64,000 nucleotides of DNA from an uncultured Acidobacteriota bacterium (GTDB lineage: Bacteria > Acidobacteriota > Thermoanaerobaculia > Multivoradales > SZUA-115), in assembly GCA_963805975.1 (NCBI GenBank), contig CAWDVR010000001.1:1312001-1376000 (forward strand). The letters run 5' to 3'. A program made the position numbers and the translations under genes. The notes beneath the pieces were generated by a model. That model saw nothing but the letters and a program-made list of their open reading frames with translations. It ran no database searches and was not told the origin of the DNA. Each line of letters opens with the position of its first letter. Positions within the stretch are counted from its first letter, which is position 1. Positions 61,497 through 64,000 of the stretch are shown in pieces.

Positions 61497-61653
61497 GGCA
61501 GGTATCCTACCAGCCCACGGGAAACTGCGCGAGACGGGTGGCCGGCCCTCGGCCTCATAGGCACGCTGATCTGCCTCATAGAAGCTTCCGGGCCACCACC
61601 TCACCTGCGTTGCATTTGCGGGTGGTCAGGCTCGCGTCGATGCGGCGAAACGC

Positions 61654-61668
61654 TGGCGCAAGGCTTGC
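61654..61668 (+). promoter_or_regulatory. Sigma54 -24/-12 promoter
   Basis: TGGCGCAAGGCTTGC (GG-N10-GC) upstream of ATG 61722. Confidence 0.6.
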
Positions 61669-61721
61669 GTTTGTCCTTCCCCCCTCGAATGGGAACGGGT
61701 ACAGACAAAGGAGAGCCAAGA

Positions 61722-62633
61722 ATGCCGACTCCAAGGAGGATCGCGTGCTGTGTCGCCGGGATTTTCGCTCTGGCCGCCTCGACCGCGCAGGCGGGCGGCG
61801 CCTGGGTGCCGAGCTCGGGCTCGGGGGACGTGACCCTCGGCTATAGCGTCAAGACCGCGGACACTTCGTGGAACCCGCGGGGCGACACCACGCGCAGCAG
61901 TAGCTGGCATATCTTCCGCTACGTCTATACCGGCGGCGAGGCGGGCCTCGGCAAGGGCTTTTCGTTCCGCTATCTCGCCCTCTACCTCGACGGCCTCGAG
62001 GGCCCCCGCGGCGACATGGAGCACAACGCCGGTCTCTCCGAGGCCTTCCTGGGGCTCAAGTACCGCCTGAGCGAGGGCACGTGGCCGATGGCCGTGGCCT
62101 TCAACCACCGCACTTCCTACCTTTACGACCTCCCCGGCCAGTACGACCGGCACCTCTTCACCGAAGGCCCGGACGGCCAGGCCGTGTTCAAGGGCGTGAG
62201 CCCCGAGTGGCGCGGCCTGCTCGGCGAGGACTACGGCCTGAGCTTCCTGGTGAGCCGCTCGCTCTTCGACGGCGGCTGGGCCAACCTGGAGCTCGGCTAC
62301 AACTACCGCACCACCAACCTCTCGGACGAGATCCCGCTCTACTTCGAGATCGGCTACCCGCTGCCCTGGCAGAAGCTGATCGCGAAGGGCACCTACCGCT
62401 GGGTGCAGAGCGTGGGCAACAACTCTCCCGGCCGCGAGCCCGAGGACCGCTTCGGCTGCTCGCCAAACAACTGCTTCCCGGACGCCAGCATCATGGTCCT
62501 CGGCGCCTCTCTCTTCCGCGACTTCGGGGCGAACAGGAAGTGGTACGGCGAGCTGGGCTTCAACCAGTGGATCTGGGGCCGCTCGGCGCGCCAGTACGAA
62601 GAGCCGTATTTGGCGTTCGGGAGAAGGTTCTAG
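61722..62633 (+). CDS. Putative outer-membrane beta-barrel protein
   Basis: Signal peptide AQA, aromatic alternating strands, C-terminal YLAFGRRF; SD AAAGGAG. Confidence 0.7.
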   Translation: MPTPRRIACCVAGIFALAASTAQAGGAWVPSSGSGDVTLGYSVKTADTSWNPRGDTTRSSSWHIFRYVYTGGEAGLGKGFSFRYLALYLDGLEGPRGDMEHNAGLSEAFLGLKYRLSEGTWPMAVAFNHRTSYLYDLPGQYDRHLFTEGPDGQAVFKGVSPEWRGLLGEDYGLSFLVSRSLFDGGWANLELGYNYRTTNLSDEIPLYFEIGYPLPWQKLIAKGTYRWVQSVGNNSPGREPEDRFGCSPNNCFPDASIMVLGASLFRDFGANRKWYGELGFNQWIWGRSARQYEEPYLAFGRRF

Positions 62634-62711
62634 GGAGGTCCACCGGTCCGTGATCGGTTCTCCTTTGCCTGTGGGTCATAATCAGGGGGTTCGCCGAAGG
62701 AGGCACCGCCG

Positions 62712-62918
62712 ATGCTGCTGACCGCCGTCCTGATGCCCGCCTCTGAAGGAGGCTTCGTCGCCCTCAATCCCGAAACCGGAACCACAACCCAGGGAGAGAC
62801 CGTCGAGGAAGCCCTCGCCAATCTCCGCGAGGCGACCGAGCTCTACCTGGAGGAGTTCCCACTCACCCCGACCGGCCAGCCCTTGGTGACCACGTTCCAG
62901 GTCGCCGTTCATGCCTAG
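62712..62918 (+). CDS. hicB: HicB-family antitoxin
   Basis: EGGFVA.NPE..TTTQGETVEEALANLREATELYLE. Confidence 0.9.
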   Translation: MLLTAVLMPASEGGFVALNPETGTTTQGETVEEALANLREATELYLEEFPLTPTGQPLVTTFQVAVHA

Positions 62919-63131
62919 GCTGCCTCGCCTCTCGGGCTCGGAGCTGATCCGGGCGCTCGAGGGGATGGGCTTTCAAATAGCGCGACACGCGGAAGCCATG
63001 TAGTGCTGCGGCGTGGCACTACCGGGTGTGTGGTTCCACTTCACCGCGAGCTCAAGGCTGGTACCCTGACGGGTGCGCTGAAGCAAGCTGGGGTCGCAGT
63101 CGAGGAACTTCGGGGGGCTTTCCAGAAGTAA
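62911..63131 (+). CDS. hicA: HicA-family toxin; frameshift near 62985; absent from ORF track
   Basis: MPRLPRLSGSELIRALEGMGF..R then RGSHVVL...VVPLHRELKAGTL in the shifted frame. Confidence 0.85.
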
Positions 63132-63144
63132 TCCCTTTGGAATC

Positions 63145-64000
63145 GTGAACGTCCTCGGCCTCTCGGCCTTCTTCCACGAATCCGCCTGCTGCCTGCTGGT
63201 GGACGGGCGGCTGGCGGCCGCGGCCGAGGAGGAGCGTTTCTCGCGCCTGAAGCACGATCCGCGGCTGCCGGTCGAGGCTTTTCGTTTCTGCCTGCGCCAG
63301 GCCGGCTTGCGGATCACCGACCTCGACGCCGTGGCCTTCTACGAGCGGCCGGACCTGAAGCTCGAGCGCCAGCGTTGGGCCGGGCCGCCGCGCGGCGCGC
63401 CACCCGAGTTCGCCTGGCCGGAGCCGGAGGCGACCGAGCTCGCGATCCGCGAGGGCCTGGGCTGGGACGGGCCCCTCGTCTTCTGCGAGCACCATCGGTC
63501 CCACGCCGCGAGCGCCTTCTTCTACTCGCCGTTCGAGGAGGCTGCGATCCTGACCGTGGACGGCGTGGGCGAGTGGGCCACCACCGCCTACGGCCGGGCA
63601 GCCGGACGCACGATCGAGATCCTCGAGGAGGTCCGCTTCCCGCACTCGCTCGGTCTGCTCTACTCCACCCTCACCTCGTACCTGGGCTTCGCGGTCAACG
63701 ACGGCGAGTACAAGGTCATGGGCCTTGCACCCTATGGCCGGCCGCGGTTCCTGCCCGAGATGCGGAAGCTGGTCACGAACGGGGAGGGCGGCCAGTTCCG
63801 ACTCGACCTCGCCTACTTCGATTTCGTTCGTGGCCCGCGGATGTTCTCGGACGCCTTGCCGGCGCTCTTCGGGCAGCCGGCCCGCCGGCCGGAGAGCGCC
63901 ATCTCCCGGTTTCATCAGGACGTGGCCGCGAGCCTGCAGCGCACTCTGGAAGAGATCCTGCTCGACAAGGTGCGTTTCCTCCACCGCCGTGCGCCGTCGG
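63145..64000 (+). CDS. Carbamoyltransferase (NodU/CmcH family), 3' truncated; absent from ORF track
   Basis: LGLSAFFHESA, EEERFSRLKHD, EHHRSHAASAF, DGVGE, GEYKVMGLAPYG. Confidence 0.92.
   Translation, partial: MNVLGLSAFFHESACCLLVDGRLAAAAEEERFSRLKHDPRLPVEAFRFCLRQAGLRITDLDAVAFYERPDLKLERQRWAGPPRGAPPEFAWPEPEATELAIREGLGWDGPLVFCEHHRSHAASAFFYSPFEEAAILTVDGVGEWATTAYGRAAGRTIEILEEVRFPHSLGLLYSTLTSYLGFAVNDGEYKVMGLAPYGRPRFLPEMRKLVTNGEGGQFRLDLAYFDFVRGPRMFSDALPALFGQPARRPESAISRFHQDVAASLQRTLEEILLDKVRFLHRRAPS

Overview
A 64-kb, very GC-rich window. Its gene content (ADOP duplicated orphan permease, BTAD regulator, orphan ECF sigma factors, Thr-type sulfatase-like proteins) suggests an Acidobacteriota genome, possibly Thermoanaerobaculia-like; this is inference. 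About 1-25 kb is mostly housekeeping: pnp 3' end, Nif3, tatD/metG, hslO, radC, speB, an ECF/anti-sigma/LiaF-like operon, thiolase, a CADD-type pABA synthase, thrC, udg, rpoZ, gmk, yicC. About 25-64 kb is a large surface-glycan region: CDP-sugar genes, GT2/GT4/GT8-like enzymes, three GT-C membrane glycosyltransferases, WecB, a deacetylase, GNAT, methyltransferases, an AsnB amidotransferase, a carbamoyltransferase and two sulfatase-fold proteins with a Thr instead of Cys/Ser nucleophile. It is interrupted by an intact IS481 and two toxin-antitoxin pairs. At least 8 genes, including essential metG, carry single-base frameshifts, which points to long-read consensus errors rather than true pseudogenes. 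Top candidates for something new: (1) a translationally coupled wecB-deacetylase-GNAT-GT2-MTase-GT-C-GT-C operon with ArnC/ArnD/ArnT-like logic; (2) a tandem glycosyltransferase pair in which one copy has lost its DxD motif; (3) the Thr-type sulfatase-fold proteins; (4) a shared ECF promoter linking the ADOP permease to the sigma/anti-sigma operon. No rRNA, tRNA or CRISPR array was seen. All family calls rest on motif recognition by eye; no database search was run.
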